A DNA stretch of 40,848 bases, from positions 1-40,848 of the forward strand of contig CAZLEV010000022.1 in assembly GCA_964558645.1 (NCBI GenBank). Direction: 5' to 3'. The notes below the pieces were generated by a model that saw nothing but the letters and a program-made list of their open reading frames with translations, made no database searches and was not told the origin of the DNA. Position 1 is the stretch's first letter. Every line of letters starts with the position of its first letter. Below are positions 28,401 through 38,054 of this stretch, piece by piece. This DNA is from an uncultured archaeon. Its GTDB lineage: Archaea > Asgardarchaeota > Thorarchaeia > Thorarchaeales > Thorarchaeaceae. A program made the position numbers and the translations under genes.

Positions 28401-29000
28401 AGTGTCATCTTGCAGTTCAATAGCTTCTGCATCCTTATAGTCCAAACCTATCACATCAGGATCAGCATATGGACTGACCACAAACTCATACTTGAGATTC
28501 CCATCTTGAATCTTGTAGACCAAGTCGATACCAGGATAGATCTCTGGATATCTCAGCAACGAGCAGTCCTCAACCCCTGTCTTCCATTTCGAGGGATCGT
28601 TTCCATAGAGGTAATTCGTCGTGGAACCTGTGGGATTTTCGCCCTTTGGAATCACAGCCCTGCTTCCGGGGAACTCCATTGTGAATGCGGTCCCGCCCGA
28701 CAGGTACTTCACCATCGACGCCCCAAAGTAGGCCACCGCGTCGGTGCCTCTCCTGCACACGTAGTACAGCCCGTTCTCAGATGATGCAGTCTCCGTGAAG
28801 AACAGCATGTCCAGCTCCACGCCCTCCTCCGGAACAGAGTCCGCAGCATGGATGTCATTCATCAGTTCCTCAGGAACATCATCAGGCATGCTGTCCAACT
28901 GAGTAGCAGTGGTTGTTGGCTCCACGGTCAGCGGCAACGCAGGAGCAATCACAAGAAGTAATAACAGAACCAGTACAGGACCCTTTCTCATCGTTAACAT
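25482..29000 (-). CDS. Large SBBP beta-propeller surface glycoprotein with Ca-binding DxDxDG repeats, 14-aa repeat stalk, Thr-rich linker and C-terminal TM anchor
   Basis: Signal peptide; YPGIDL...LKYEF N-terminal domain; about 63-aa YSTFLGG...YVTGxTxSxxFP...DCFVTK repeats; DSDxDGLxD motifs; TM helix and KRRRG tail. Confidence 0.92.
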   Translation of the reverse strand: MLTMRKGPVLVLLLLLVIAPALPLTVEPTTTATQLDSMPDDVPEELMNDIHAADSVPEEGVELDMLFFTETASSENGLYYVCRRGTDAVAYFGASMVKYLSGGTAFTMEFPGSRAVIPKGENPTGSTTNYLYGNDPSKWKTGVEDCSLLRYPEIYPGIDLVYKIQDGNLKYEFVVSPYADPDVIGLDYKDAEAIELQDDTVIVTRHGQRISDSGLEVFQNNGEITVGCGFSSNTERHIGFNLNDYDQSIELIIDPVLLSYSTFLGSTSWDFAYDIAVEDGYSYVTGSTISTNFPVVNAFDETHNGNHDCFVTKLATDGQSLVYSTFLGGTSNDVGNGIAVENGYAYVTGNTASTGFPTVNALDSDYAGEDCFVSILSDEGDSDSDGLTDWEEEYIYSTDPYCVDSDGDNYLDGYEIDSGTDPLDPYHYPGLNYDLQYSSYLGNSLDDLGYSIAVEDGYTYVSGQTLSPDFPTMNAFDSTHNGNYDVYIVKLSFDCRTILYSTFLGGTESETPWDMSVEDGYVYLTGQTESSDFPTYNAYDSTYNASIDCFVTKLGLAGSTLVYSTFLGGPSYDYARGIAVEDGHAYVAGYTESSSFPTINAYDDTYGGNRDCFVTKFATDGQSLIYSTFLGGHSYDYCFAIAVEDASVYVTGRTLSSTFPLVNEYDGSIDGIAECFVTKFATDGQSLVYSTFLGGNSDERCDGIAVEDGYAYVTGTTESSNFPVLTGYSSTHNGYHECFVTKLATSGLSLIYSTLLGGTSEDYAKDIAVENGRVCITGQTNSTDFPLTQEPMTGSGYESFITLLTSSGRTLAYSTLIGGEGFDMGMSIDMMDDTVYVTGYTNSNDFPAELALDPTYNGDYDSFIWVMGLDSDKDGLCDSWESMLGTDPDWIDSDNDNFLDGYEVAYGSDPLDPMSYPAMPAAWYQSIYEDLDGNATLIQNLISWSDGNATLLQTIMDNLNANATLLQQVISWLDGNHTAIETLFTYVQGNATLLLSTVDAVDANTDQLSLLAALVTHNTDMLATLNATHIGDIEQIRAVLDMLGATVGDTDYDGLDDLDEIALGTDIQCIDTDCDNLNDAFEVKIGTDPLDDDSDADSYLDGIEVIAGTNPLDASDYPGATTSTTTTTTTSTSITTSSPPNEFSPLVLLLVIGGAGAVVVVLIVLIMKRRRG
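26917..27170. repeat. Near-identical intragenic SBBP DNA repeats, 189-bp period
   Basis: CCCCCAAGGAACGTGCTATAGA is identical at 26917 and 27106, followed by a shared TCAGTAGCAAACTT. Confidence 0.9.
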
Positions 29001-29228
29001 CTCCTCCCGAGAGATGCTTTTCTTCTCTCACTCTTCCAATATAAATTGGGCATATTCCCCAAAAGGGGACTAATCTAATCGCCTTTCTAATCAATAAAGA
29101 GTCTAGTCACTACATAATACGCTTGAACAAAGGCGACGTATTCCAACTTCAAATGTCGTGCCTCTCGCTGCATAGATGCGATACCGCAGGTCTTTATTTG
29201 GAGGATTGGCAAACATTTCGTGATCAAT

Positions 29229-29735
29229 ATGGACCTTCACGAAGCAATCCGCCATCGCAGAAGTATCCGAGCGTATAAGGACACACCCGTAGAGAAAGAG
29301 AAACTGGACAAGATCCTTGCAGCGGGGAGATGGGCCCCGTCCGCATCAAATAAGCAGCCCTGGCATTTCGTCGTTGTCAGGGATGATACGATCCGGAAGA
29401 AGCTTGCTGAAGCACACCCATACGGACGCTTCATGTCTCAGTCACCTGTGGTCATAGTTGTCTTGGGAGATCCCGAGAGGCATCCTAGGTATCACCTTGC
29501 AGACCCTCATAATGCTGTGCAGAACATGCTCCTGTCAGCCTATGCTGAAGGTCTTGGGACTTGCTGGATGGGTGTACGCGATACTAGTATAGAGCCGAAG
29601 TTTCGAGAGATTCTCGATATCCCAGAGGAGATGCGCGTAATCTGCTCGGTCTCACTTGGCTATCCGGATGAAGAGCGGACAAGCAACAGGCTCGACCTTG
29701 AAGAAATAGTGTCTTGGGATAAGTTCGGAGAGTAA
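29229..29735 (+). CDS. Nitroreductase family protein
   Basis: RRSIRAY, APSASNKQPWHF, QNMLLSAYAEGLGTCW, LGYPDE. Confidence 0.93.
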   Translation: MDLHEAIRHRRSIRAYKDTPVEKEKLDKILAAGRWAPSASNKQPWHFVVVRDDTIRKKLAEAHPYGRFMSQSPVVIVVLGDPERHPRYHLADPHNAVQNMLLSAYAEGLGTCWMGVRDTSIEPKFREILDIPEEMRVICSVSLGYPDEERTSNRLDLEEIVSWDKFGE

Positions 29736-29739
29736 GCCT

Positions 29740-30231
29740 TCACATTGAGATGACTGCCTCTATGGACCTCTTTCCTGTCACGTAGTCGATATCGATTCTC
29801 CCCATTCCTACGCGCTCAAGGGACTCAGGCGTTAGTTGTTCCTCCATGACCTTCTCTGGAGTTTCATCAATCTGACGAATCATCACTTCTAGGCCATGCC
29901 GCTTTTCATCGATATCTTGAATGAAACTGACCCGCCCCTTGAAGTGTACGGACTCGTAAAGATGGTCGCACTTTCCCTGTACGTAGCCATGGTCGATGAT
30001 AGCCTGACCCCAGATGACATTGTTCTTACGGAGAATATCAACTTTCTTTCCCTCCTGAGCACAGTGGATGTAGATTCTGTCTTTCGCCTCTTCATAGCCG
30101 TGGGAGAGCGTGACAAGGTACGGCGTCTTGTCATCGCACATTGCGATAGTGATGTACTTTGCCTGTTTTAGGATTCGTACAATGTCAGACTTGTCACTGA
30201 TCGCCTTTTCGCGCCTGCGTATTCCTCTCAT
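29740..30231 (-). CDS. Pyridoxamine 5'-phosphate oxidase-like (NimA-type) flavin-binding protein
   Basis: IRRREK, PYLVTLSHGY, IYIHCAQEGKK, YESV, VTGKR. Confidence 0.88.
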   Translation of the reverse strand: MRGIRRREKAISDKSDIVRILKQAKYITIAMCDDKTPYLVTLSHGYEEAKDRIYIHCAQEGKKVDILRKNNVIWGQAIIDHGYVQGKCDHLYESVHFKGRVSFIQDIDEKRHGLEVMIRQIDETPEKVMEEQLTPESLERVGMGRIDIDYVTGKRSIEAVISM

Positions 30232-30407
30232 TTCCGCTGAACCCCGTCTTGCAGAGTTTCCTCCGATGGACTCTCATGCGAGTCTCTTGTTTACTAGATT
30301 CTAATCTTTTAACGTAGTGGGTACTTGCGAAAGTGACTACAATGTTGGGATTTGCTCTGGACCCGCGATGCTACTCCAAAGCCTTAATATGCGTGGGTTG
30401 GTGAGAA

Positions 30408-30962
30408 GTGTACGTGAGGGAGTTGATTAGTTCTCGGAGAAAAGCTATTGCCACTGCTGCCTTACTGCTGCTTTCAGGAACAGGACTCATCTTCGTTCTA
30501 AATCCACAACGTAGCCTCTTGGTGGCGATTCATGACAGTCCTGTGCGACTAGAGCCAGAGTACTACTATGCTGGGTTCAACATCTCTGAGTACCAAACCA
30601 TAGACTTTCTACTCATGCTCTCCGTGTCCTTTGGTGGCAATCGGACCAATCTTCCTGTTCTCTTCTGGAAGCTTTATGCAGTCGGACTCCACGAGTTCGA
30701 GAGATCACATGCTGAGAATCTCACCGAGGAAATAACTTCCGGTCAATTCTGGGGCTTTCACGAAGGAGTCGTGAGCGTAGGGGGAGTTCATATGCCCTGT
30801 TCGCCATTTGAAACGAGAATAACCTCCCAATACTCTGGTCCTCAACCCGAACTCGCAGGGGAGTATGTGATCTGTGTTTGGTTTGGGGATGGGCATGGGG
30901 TGTCTGATGATTCCGCGAGCGTTGACATATCTGTCACGTTGCATCACGGACGGTGGTTCTAG
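30408..30962 (+). CDS. Hypothetical protein with N-terminal membrane anchor
   Basis: RRK followed by a hydrophobic helix; TATA-like CTTAATAT at 30383-30390. Confidence 0.6.
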   Translation: MYVRELISSRRKAIATAALLLLSGTGLIFVLNPQRSLLVAIHDSPVRLEPEYYYAGFNISEYQTIDFLLMLSVSFGGNRTNLPVLFWKLYAVGLHEFERSHAENLTEEITSGQFWGFHEGVVSVGGVHMPCSPFETRITSQYSGPQPELAGEYVICVWFGDGHGVSDDSASVDISVTLHHGRWF

Positions 30963-31643
30963 AATCTCCCATGGGACATGAGCTTACATGGATGGCAGTC
31001 AGTTTCGTGGAAGTTCGGTATGACCTCATTCCTACAAATACAGTAGACCGGACCAATCTCTCAGGAAGAGTCCCTCGGAAACCTCTTCACATATTGGCTG
31101 TCTTTCCTCGGGAGCTGCTAGCCTTCGGATGCATCCCGCGCAGACTAAGGACTTGGGCTTGGCGGGTCTTTTGGAAGTATCCACCGTTCTCGAAAGCCTT
31201 TGTAGCTCACATGTAGAGAAGGAATTCCGAAACAGAACCATAGTATGTCTACTCGGAACAGGAACTGGAGTGACAGGTCATCATTGAGTGCAAAGCCAGT
31301 AGCGACCAGGGGGACGATTGGGACCCGAATCGAGAACGCCGCAGTTAGTGCGTTTCGCCCAGTGTTGAACGCACGTTCACAATCGGTTAGGCAATGGTTG
31401 GCTCCCCATTGAGAGATCTTCCAGTCAGAACTTGTAATCGTCTGACAACGGCCGCATCAATCGTGGAGTCTGTCATCAGTGTCGACAAATCCGCCCTGTT
31501 GTTTTTCAGCCGATTTTCCTGAACACCTAGAGACTCTTTACTTTCGGAAGACATCAGCTTTCGTTCGACTGAAGTAACATCCTCGAAACTACCTGACGGA
31601 GAGGCAGAGTAATCCTTTTCACCCTTCGCTAGGGAATTATGGT

Positions 31644-32615
31644 ATGGTCGAGTTCGAAGACATCGAGCAGGCATACCACAGAATACGCAGGACCGTCATA
31701 CGCACCCCTGTCATGAAGTCGTCCACTATAGACCGGATGATAGGAGGTTCACTCTTCTTCAAGTGTGAGAATCTTCAACGAGGAGGCGCCTTCAAGTTTC
31801 GTGGCGCATTCAACACTCTGTCACAGCTGTCGGACAACGAGCGTCAGCGCGGCGTTATCGCCCACTCGAGCGGGAACCACGCGCAGGCCCTCTCCTTAGC
31901 AGGTAGAACTCTCGGAATAGGCGTCACAATTGTGATGCCCTCGGACTCCTCAAAGGTAAAGATCAATGCCACCAAGAGCTACGGTGCAAACGTGGTGTTC
32001 TGTGAACCAACCCTTGAGGGACGAGAGACTACGACCCAGGAGCTCATCGACAAGCATGGATTTCTCTTGATTCATCCCTACAATGACGAACGCATCATAG
32101 CGGGAGCCGGGACTGCCGCCTACGAGCTGATCCAAGAGGTGGGTGATTTGGACTACATCTTTGCCCCGGTGGGAGGCGGAGGTCTCTTGAGCGGCACAGC
32201 GATAGCGACGAAGGGTCTCTCACCTCATGCCAGAGTTGTCGGAGCCGAACCAACAAACGCTGACGATGCGTATCGCTCGTTGACATCCGGTGAGCTTCTT
32301 CTGAGTGTGGACCCAAATACGATTGCCGACGGTCTGAAGACCTCACTTGGCACCAAGACCTTCCCAATTATAATGAAGAATGTAGATGAAATAACGAGGG
32401 TCTCTGAGATTGAAATTGTCGATGCTATGCGACTGCTGTGGGAGCGCATGAAGCTCGTTGTTGAGCCCTCAGGGGCCGTGTCTCTAGCAGCCGCTCTCAA
32501 GAATAGAGAGGATATCAGAGACCATCCTGCCGGTGTCATCATCAGTGGAGGAAACCTGGACCTGGACCTCCTCTTCGATAGATTCTACAGAGAGGCACAA
32601 GAGAGGAGCTCCTAA
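31644..32615 (+). CDS. PLP-dependent serine/threonine dehydratase / serine racemase family
   Basis: KCENLQRGGAFKFRGA, HSSGNHAQ, PVGGGGLLSG, TIADGL, EPSGA, ISGGN. No regulatory ACT domain. Confidence 0.93.
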   Translation: MVEFEDIEQAYHRIRRTVIRTPVMKSSTIDRMIGGSLFFKCENLQRGGAFKFRGAFNTLSQLSDNERQRGVIAHSSGNHAQALSLAGRTLGIGVTIVMPSDSSKVKINATKSYGANVVFCEPTLEGRETTTQELIDKHGFLLIHPYNDERIIAGAGTAAYELIQEVGDLDYIFAPVGGGGLLSGTAIATKGLSPHARVVGAEPTNADDAYRSLTSGELLLSVDPNTIADGLKTSLGTKTFPIIMKNVDEITRVSEIEIVDAMRLLWERMKLVVEPSGAVSLAAALKNREDIRDHPAGVIISGGNLDLDLLFDRFYREAQERSS

Positions 32616-32667
32616 GCGGTCTGTCATTCCCTCCCGCCGTTCAGGTTCATGCCATGGATGCATTAAG

Positions 32668-32988
32668 CTATTCTACCATCAGATAGAAGCAGGAGTTGTA
32701 TCCCTTGTGACATGCAGGTCCAGTCTTCTTAACTAGGAAGACTAGCGAGTCGTGGTCGCAATCCGTTAGGATTCTCCGGACATACTGCACATTGCCAGAG
32801 GTTACTCCCTTCTTCATAACCTTCTTCTTGGAACGTCGATAGAAGTGGGCATAGCCTGTTTCCAAGGTCAGTGACAAGGCCTCAAGATTTGTATATGCGA
32901 GTGTCAGGACTTCCATTGTATCAGCTTCTTGAACAACCACGGGAATGAGTCCGTTCATTTTCTCGAAGTCTAAATCTTCAACCTTCAA
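32668..32988 (-). CDS. hisI: Phosphoribosyl-AMP cyclohydrolase (monofunctional)
   Basis: GLIPVVVQ, KGVTSGN, DCDHDSL, GPACHKGYNSCF. No HisE domain. Confidence 0.93.
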   Translation of the reverse strand: MKVEDLDFEKMNGLIPVVVQEADTMEVLTLAYTNLEALSLTLETGYAHFYRRSKKKVMKKGVTSGNVQYVRRILTDCDHDSLVFLVKKTGPACHKGYNSCFYLMVE

Positions 32989-32993
32989 TGATT

Positions 32994-33764
32994 TCAGATC
33001 CTCACCTCCACACCTCTTGTCTTCAAGTAAGATTTGACAACCGGGACAGGATGCGACGAGTAGTGAAAGATTGACGCTGCAAGAGCAGCCGTAGCCTCGG
33101 TGTGTTCGAAGACTTCTTCAAAGTCTTCTGGAGAGCCTGCTCCGCCGCTTGCGATTACAGGGATAGAAACTGCTCTGCAAATCTCTCTCGTCATCGGAAT
33201 ATCATACCCTTTTCTGGTGCCATCTCGGTCCATGGACGTGAGCAGTATTTCACCTGCCCCGAGAGCCTCCGCTTCTTTCGCCCATTCTCGCGCATGGAGT
33301 CTCGTAGGATTTCGTCCTCCGTTGATAAAGACCTGGAATCCTGATTCTGAACGAGAATTGCAGCGCTTCGCATCAATCGCTACAACAACGCACTGACGGC
33401 CGAATGCCCGAGACAGATCTGTAATCAGTTCTGGCCGCCGAACCGCTGCCGAGTTAATCGCGACCTTGTCAGCACCGTTCTTGAGAACCAAGTGTGCGTC
33501 TTGGACTGAACGAATTCCCCCACCCACAGCAAAGGGAATATCCAGGACCTTGCCGACGTCCTTGACAAGCTTAACGGATGTATTGCGTTTCTCATTGGTG
33601 GCGCTTACATCAAGAAATACGAGTTCATCCGCCCCTGCGTCTCGATATCTGATGGCCAGCTCAACAGGATTTCCAGCTTCTCTAAGGTTTCTGAAGTTGA
33701 TTCCCTTCACGACACGCCCGCCGTCTATGTCCAGACAAGGGATTATCCGTTTTGATAGAGTCAT
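32994..33764 (-). CDS. hisF: Imidazole glycerol phosphate synthase cyclase subunit
   Basis: KRIIPCLD, VVKG, ADELVFLD, GEILLTSMDRDGT, ALAASIFH. Confidence 0.97.
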   Translation of the reverse strand: MTLSKRIIPCLDIDGGRVVKGINFRNLREAGNPVELAIRYRDAGADELVFLDVSATNEKRNTSVKLVKDVGKVLDIPFAVGGGIRSVQDAHLVLKNGADKVAINSAAVRRPELITDLSRAFGRQCVVVAIDAKRCNSRSESGFQVFINGGRNPTRLHAREWAKEAEALGAGEILLTSMDRDGTRKGYDIPMTREICRAVSIPVIASGGAGSPEDFEEVFEHTEATAALAASIFHYSSHPVPVVKSYLKTRGVEVRI

Positions 33765-34492
33765 GATTCCACACCTTCTACTGCATCGAGAGCCTGTTGC
33801 AGTGTGAACTTACCTTCATAGAGGGCCTTTCCTATGATGGCCCCCCTGACGCCAGTTTCCCTTAGGACCTTAAGGTCGTTCAGCGTCGAGATACCTCCTG
33901 CAGCAATGAACGAAGCCTTGAATCGTTCGCAGACCTTCATCAAGAAATCTACATCAGGTCCCCTCAGTGTGCCATCTCTAGATACATCCGTGAGAATGAA
34001 CCGGTCGATGCCCAGCTTCTGCAGATCCTCGATTGCCCTGTCTGGGGTCTCTGTGGTAGTTTCCTCCCATCCATTCACGAGGATTTGGCCATCAAGGTAA
34101 TCTAGAGAAGCAATGACTCTGTGTCGCTCGGTCTTTTCCAGTAAGGCTGCAACAACATCTGGCGCTTGGAAGAGCAGCGAACCTAGCACTATAGATGTAT
34201 CTGAGGCAATCAGATACTTCTTGGCGATTTGAAGAGTCCGAATGCCTCCGCCCACCTGCAGTTTCACTTGGCATAACTTGGCGAGTCGACAGATTGTTTC
34301 AGAGTTATTTCCATCCCCAAACGCTCCATTGAGATCTACAACGTGAATGGTCTTAGCACCACAGGCTTGCCAGTGTAACAAAGCTTCAGCTGGATCAGGA
34401 AAGTCATGGTATTCTTTTCGCATTGCTCGCTTCCCTTTCGTCAATCTGACAACCGAACCATCCAATATGTCAACAGCAGGAATTATCTCCAT
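33761..34492 (-). CDS. hisA: ProFAR isomerase
   Basis: MEIIPAVD, VVRLTKG, HVVDLNGA, QVGGGIR, TDVSRDGTL, IIGKALY. Confidence 0.96.
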   Translation of the reverse strand: MEIIPAVDILDGSVVRLTKGKRAMRKEYHDFPDPAEALLHWQACGAKTIHVVDLNGAFGDGNNSETICRLAKLCQVKLQVGGGIRTLQIAKKYLIASDTSIVLGSLLFQAPDVVAALLEKTERHRVIASLDYLDGQILVNGWEETTTETPDRAIEDLQKLGIDRFILTDVSRDGTLRGPDVDFLMKVCERFKASFIAAGGISTLNDLKVLRETGVRGAIIGKALYEGKFTLQQALDAVEGVES

Positions 34493-34493
34493 G

Positions 34494-35099
34494 TTACTGA
34501 CCCCTGACAAGTGAAGCGAAGTTCATCAGTATCTGTTGTCCGACGTTCCCCGACTTCTCTGGATGAAACTGGGTACCATGCACGCAACCTGACTCAATCA
34601 CAGATGGAAACGTCGTACCGTAGTATGTAGCACCCCTGACAATGGTCGTATCTGAGGTTTGTACGTAGTAAGAATGCACGAAGTATGCTCTCAGTCCATC
34701 CAAGCCGTTGAGCAGTCTACTCTCAGAAACGACCTGAATTGTGTTCCACCCTATGTGGGGGACTCTCATTGTACTGGGTAGACGTACGACCCGACCGGAC
34801 AGAATCGACAGTCCTTGTCCATTTGATTCCTCGCTGGAATCAAAGAGGACCTGCATCCCCAGACATATACCTAGTACGGGAGTTTTTTGCTGAATAAGTT
34901 CAATCAGCCAGTCCCGAAATCCACATAGTCTTGACATCGCTTGGCCGTAATTACCTACACCCGGGATTATTGCCGCATCATGCTCATGATGATTAGGAGG
35001 TTCGACGATGAACTCAGGCACTAGCCCACAGCGTTTTAGTCCCTCACCTATGCTCATGAGGTTTCCTGCACCGTAGTCAATAACCGCAACATTTCTCAA
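34494..35099 (-). CDS. hisH: Imidazole glycerol phosphate synthase glutaminase subunit
   Basis: DYGAGNL, PGVG, GICLGMQ, YFVHSY, QFHPEKS. Confidence 0.97.
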   Translation of the reverse strand: MRNVAVIDYGAGNLMSIGEGLKRCGLVPEFIVEPPNHHEHDAAIIPGVGNYGQAMSRLCGFRDWLIELIQQKTPVLGICLGMQVLFDSSEESNGQGLSILSGRVVRLPSTMRVPHIGWNTIQVVSESRLLNGLDGLRAYFVHSYYVQTSDTTIVRGATYYGTTFPSVIESGCVHGTQFHPEKSGNVGQQILMNFASLVRGQ

Positions 35100-35671
35100 T
35101 CAAACACCCCCTTTGTTGAAGGAATGCCGTTTTCGTTGCTAACTGCCACTGCAACCTTGGCAGCCTGAGCAAGAGCCTTGAATGCTGCCTCAGCTATGTG
35201 ATGGTCATTCTCTCCGCGTAACTGGAGGATGTGTATATTCCCTGGTATAGAATAGGCCAATGTCCGGAAGAAATGGATGATGTCCTCAGTGCGCACAGAA
35301 CCAATACTTGGAGAATCGAATCGCAGTTTCACATCTGCAAACGGCCGCGAGGCGAAATCCGTTGCACATAGAACAAGTGCATCATCCATTGGGATGATAG
35401 CGTTTCCGAATCGTTGAATCGGCCTGTTCTTCTCAAGGGCCAAGCCTATTGCCCTACCAAGGACAATCGCTGTGTCCTCGACGATGTGATGTGGAAGATC
35501 TCCACGGGCCATGACTGTTAGGTCGAACCCGCTGTGTCTAGTAAAGGTGTCAAGCATGTGCTGCAGGAATGGAAGATCGACATCCAGTTGGGCCTTCCCA
35601 GATCCATCTATGTCTACTTCAATCGAGATTTCAGTCTCCAGGGTCTTTCTTGAACTCTCCCCTGTCCTCAT
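35096..35671 (-). CDS. hisB: Imidazoleglycerol-phosphate dehydratase (monofunctional)
   Basis: RKTLETEI, FLQHML, HHIVED, PMDDAL, NDHHIAEAAFKA, PSTKG. Confidence 0.96.
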   Translation of the reverse strand: MRTGESSRKTLETEISIEVDIDGSGKAQLDVDLPFLQHMLDTFTRHSGFDLTVMARGDLPHHIVEDTAIVLGRAIGLALEKNRPIQRFGNAIIPMDDALVLCATDFASRPFADVKLRFDSPSIGSVRTEDIIHFFRTLAYSIPGNIHILQLRGENDHHIAEAAFKALAQAAKVAVAVSNENGIPSTKGVFD

Positions 35672-36759
35672 GCTACCACCTCCTCCAAGGCCTTAAGAAA
35701 CCCTGTCATTACCGAGTCAGGTGCTACTGTGACCCGTAGACAATTCTTCCAGCCACAGACCGTTCCGATTCTCCTGATTAAGAATCCCCTTTCCAGAAGG
35801 CCTCTCCAGACATCTTCAGACGCATCTGCAGTTGAAAACATCACGAAGTTCGTTTCTGAAGGAAAGGCTATGACTTGGTCCATAGACTCAAGTGACGATA
35901 ACAGACTCTTACGCTGTTCCTTCATGGTGCGTGCGAAGACCCTAAATTGATCTTCAATGCGAAGGGCTTCCGTTGCAGTGGCTGCTGCGATACAACCAAG
36001 AGCATAGGGTTGCTGGAAGCGCTCATTAATAGTAACAGCCAGCTCTTCGTTCGTAATGCCGTAACCAACGCGTAACCCTGCAAGGCCGAAGTACTTCGAG
36101 AACGTTCTGAGTATGATGATATTGTCGTGCGAATCGATGAGAGGAATGAGTCCGCTTGAATCAAACTCAGCATAAGCCTCATCAATGACCAGTATCGCTT
36201 CGGTCTGTTCTGCGAGTCTCGCGATCTTCTGCTCGTCCAAGGCATTACCGGTGGGGTTGTTGGGTGAGCAAACAAAGATGATCCTGGCTCTTCCATCCGT
36301 CATCTTGAGAAACTCTCGTTCGTCAAAGCAGAACTGGTGGTCTAGCTCCATCTTGATACAGCGCGCACTCACCAGACCTGCTGCAACTTCATACATTGAG
36401 AAGGTGGGCTGCAATATACCGCACGCCCCCCCATTTGACAGACTAGCTGCTGTGAGAAGGTAGATCAGCTGATCTGCTCCACTGCCCAAGATAATGCGCT
36501 CAGTCGAAGCATTCACATATTCTGATATAGCCTCTTTGAGATCCACATACTGCTCATCAGGATACAACCTTAGATCCAGATTCTGAATTGCTCGTTGGGC
36601 AAGACTACGAAGCAGAGAATCGGGCACAAACAGATTCTCATTGGAGTCCAACCTAGTCCATCTGGACATGTCTGATTGACTAAGGCCTGTTCTCGGCATA
36701 TGATAGGAAGCGGTGTGCCTACCTGTGTTCAGGAGTTTGCTAACCCATTTCTTATTCAT
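35668..36759 (-). CDS. hisC: Histidinol-phosphate aminotransferase
   Basis: RLDSNEN, CSPNNPTG, DEAYAEF, RTFSKYFGLAGLRVGY; operon context. Confidence 0.95.
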   Translation of the reverse strand: MNKKWVSKLLNTGRHTASYHMPRTGLSQSDMSRWTRLDSNENLFVPDSLLRSLAQRAIQNLDLRLYPDEQYVDLKEAISEYVNASTERIILGSGADQLIYLLTAASLSNGGACGILQPTFSMYEVAAGLVSARCIKMELDHQFCFDEREFLKMTDGRARIIFVCSPNNPTGNALDEQKIARLAEQTEAILVIDEAYAEFDSSGLIPLIDSHDNIIILRTFSKYFGLAGLRVGYGITNEELAVTINERFQQPYALGCIAAATATEALRIEDQFRVFARTMKEQRKSLLSSLESMDQVIAFPSETNFVMFSTADASEDVWRGLLERGFLIRRIGTVCGWKNCLRVTVAPDSVMTGFLKALEEVVA

Positions 36760-38054
36760 GACGAAAACCTCCTTCTTACGGCTAGTGCGTGCCCTTCTAG
36801 TCCCTCTATCTCTGCTAGCAGCCCGATGCTTGGCGCAACTGTCTCTAATCCCTCAAGAGAACACTCAACCAACGAGTAGCTCCGGATGAAGTCTAGCACT
36901 GATACACCTGAGTAAAGACTGCTGAATCCGCCGGTGGGCAGGATGTGATTGACACCCAGACAGTAGTCGCTTGCAGCAACAGGACTATAACCTCCCACGA
37001 GTACCATTCCGGCCTCTGTGATTCGATCTGCGTGTTCACGCGCAGTAGCGGTAACCACTTCAACATGCTCAGGAGCTAGCTTGTTCACAGAGGAGATACA
37101 ATCATCCATTTTGCCACAGAGAAGGATTGTGCCGTTCTTGCGCAGGGAGGACTCAATGGTCTCCCTCCTCGGCTGGTTCTGTACAGCGGTCTCAATACAC
37201 TGCTGTACTCTCAAAGCCAATTCTTGACAGTCTGTGGCGAGGATCGCAACGGCATCCTCATCATGTTCGGCCTGTGAGATTAGGTCCAGTGCCACATATT
37301 GAGGATCTGCCGTCTTATCAGCCAGAACAACCAGCTCACTGGGACCAGCTGGCATATCGATTGGAACATCTTTGCACACCAGTCTCTTGGCTGCAGTAAC
37401 GAACTTGTTGCCAGGACCGACAAGCTTGTTCACTGGTCGTACTGTTTCCGTACCGTAGGCCAGCGCCGCAATTGCCTGTACTCCCCCGACACGGTAGAGC
37501 TCTTGTATTCCGCAGATATCCGCAGCAACCAATATGAACGGATTGACATGTCCATTGGGGTCAGGTGGAGTACATACAGCAATCTCTTGGACGCCAGCTA
37601 CCGCTGCTGGAACCACTGTCATGATCACAGAGCTGACATATGGAGCCTTCCCGCCCGGCACGTAGCATCCAGCCCTGCTGAGTGGAGTGATACGGTTCTC
37701 GATATAGACGCCATCAGAGTCGATTAAGAAACTCAATCTTTCTAACTGATTGTTGTAAAGCCTCTCGAGCCTTGATCGAGAGAGCTCCATGGCGGCTATC
37801 TCCCTCTCGCTCACGTAGCCGTATGCATCGCTTATCTCCTCCTCCTTGACTCGTATCTTGCCGGATATGTCAACTCCATCCCACCTACGCGTGAAACTGA
37901 TCAATGCCTCATCTCCATACTTCCTCACACGCCGTATGATCTGAAGAACAGACTTTTCCAACTCGTTAGGAATTACAACCGCTCTTCTTCGCGACTCGAC
38001 CATTTTCTGAACATCTGTCGTGAGAGTGACTAAGCTAGACCGCATCTCAGTCAC
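36756..38054 (-). CDS. hisD: Histidinol dehydrogenase
   Basis: [48 protein letters not shown]. Confidence 0.97.
   Translation of the reverse strand: MTEMRSSLVTLTTDVQKMVESRRRAVVIPNELEKSVLQIIRRVRKYGDEALISFTRRWDGVDISGKIRVKEEEISDAYGYVSEREIAAMELSRSRLERLYNNQLERLSFLIDSDGVYIENRITPLSRAGCYVPGGKAPYVSSVIMTVVPAAVAGVQEIAVCTPPDPNGHVNPFILVAADICGIQELYRVGGVQAIAALAYGTETVRPVNKLVGPGNKFVTAAKRLVCKDVPIDMPAGPSELVVLADKTADPQYVALDLISQAEHDEDAVAILATDCQELALRVQQCIETAVQNQPRRETIESSLRKNGTILLCGKMDDCISSVNKLAPEHVEVVTATAREHADRITEAGMVLVGGYSPVAASDYCLGVNHILPTGGFSSLYSGVSVLDFIRSYSLVECSLEGLETVAPSIGLLAEIEGLEGHALAVRRRFSS

Noticed and set aside
31217-31440. RNase P or SRP RNA
   Set aside because: Fragments such as AGGAATTCCG and ACAGAAC occur, but there is no complementary P4 pairing or correct order of conserved regions, and no SRP helix-8 motif.
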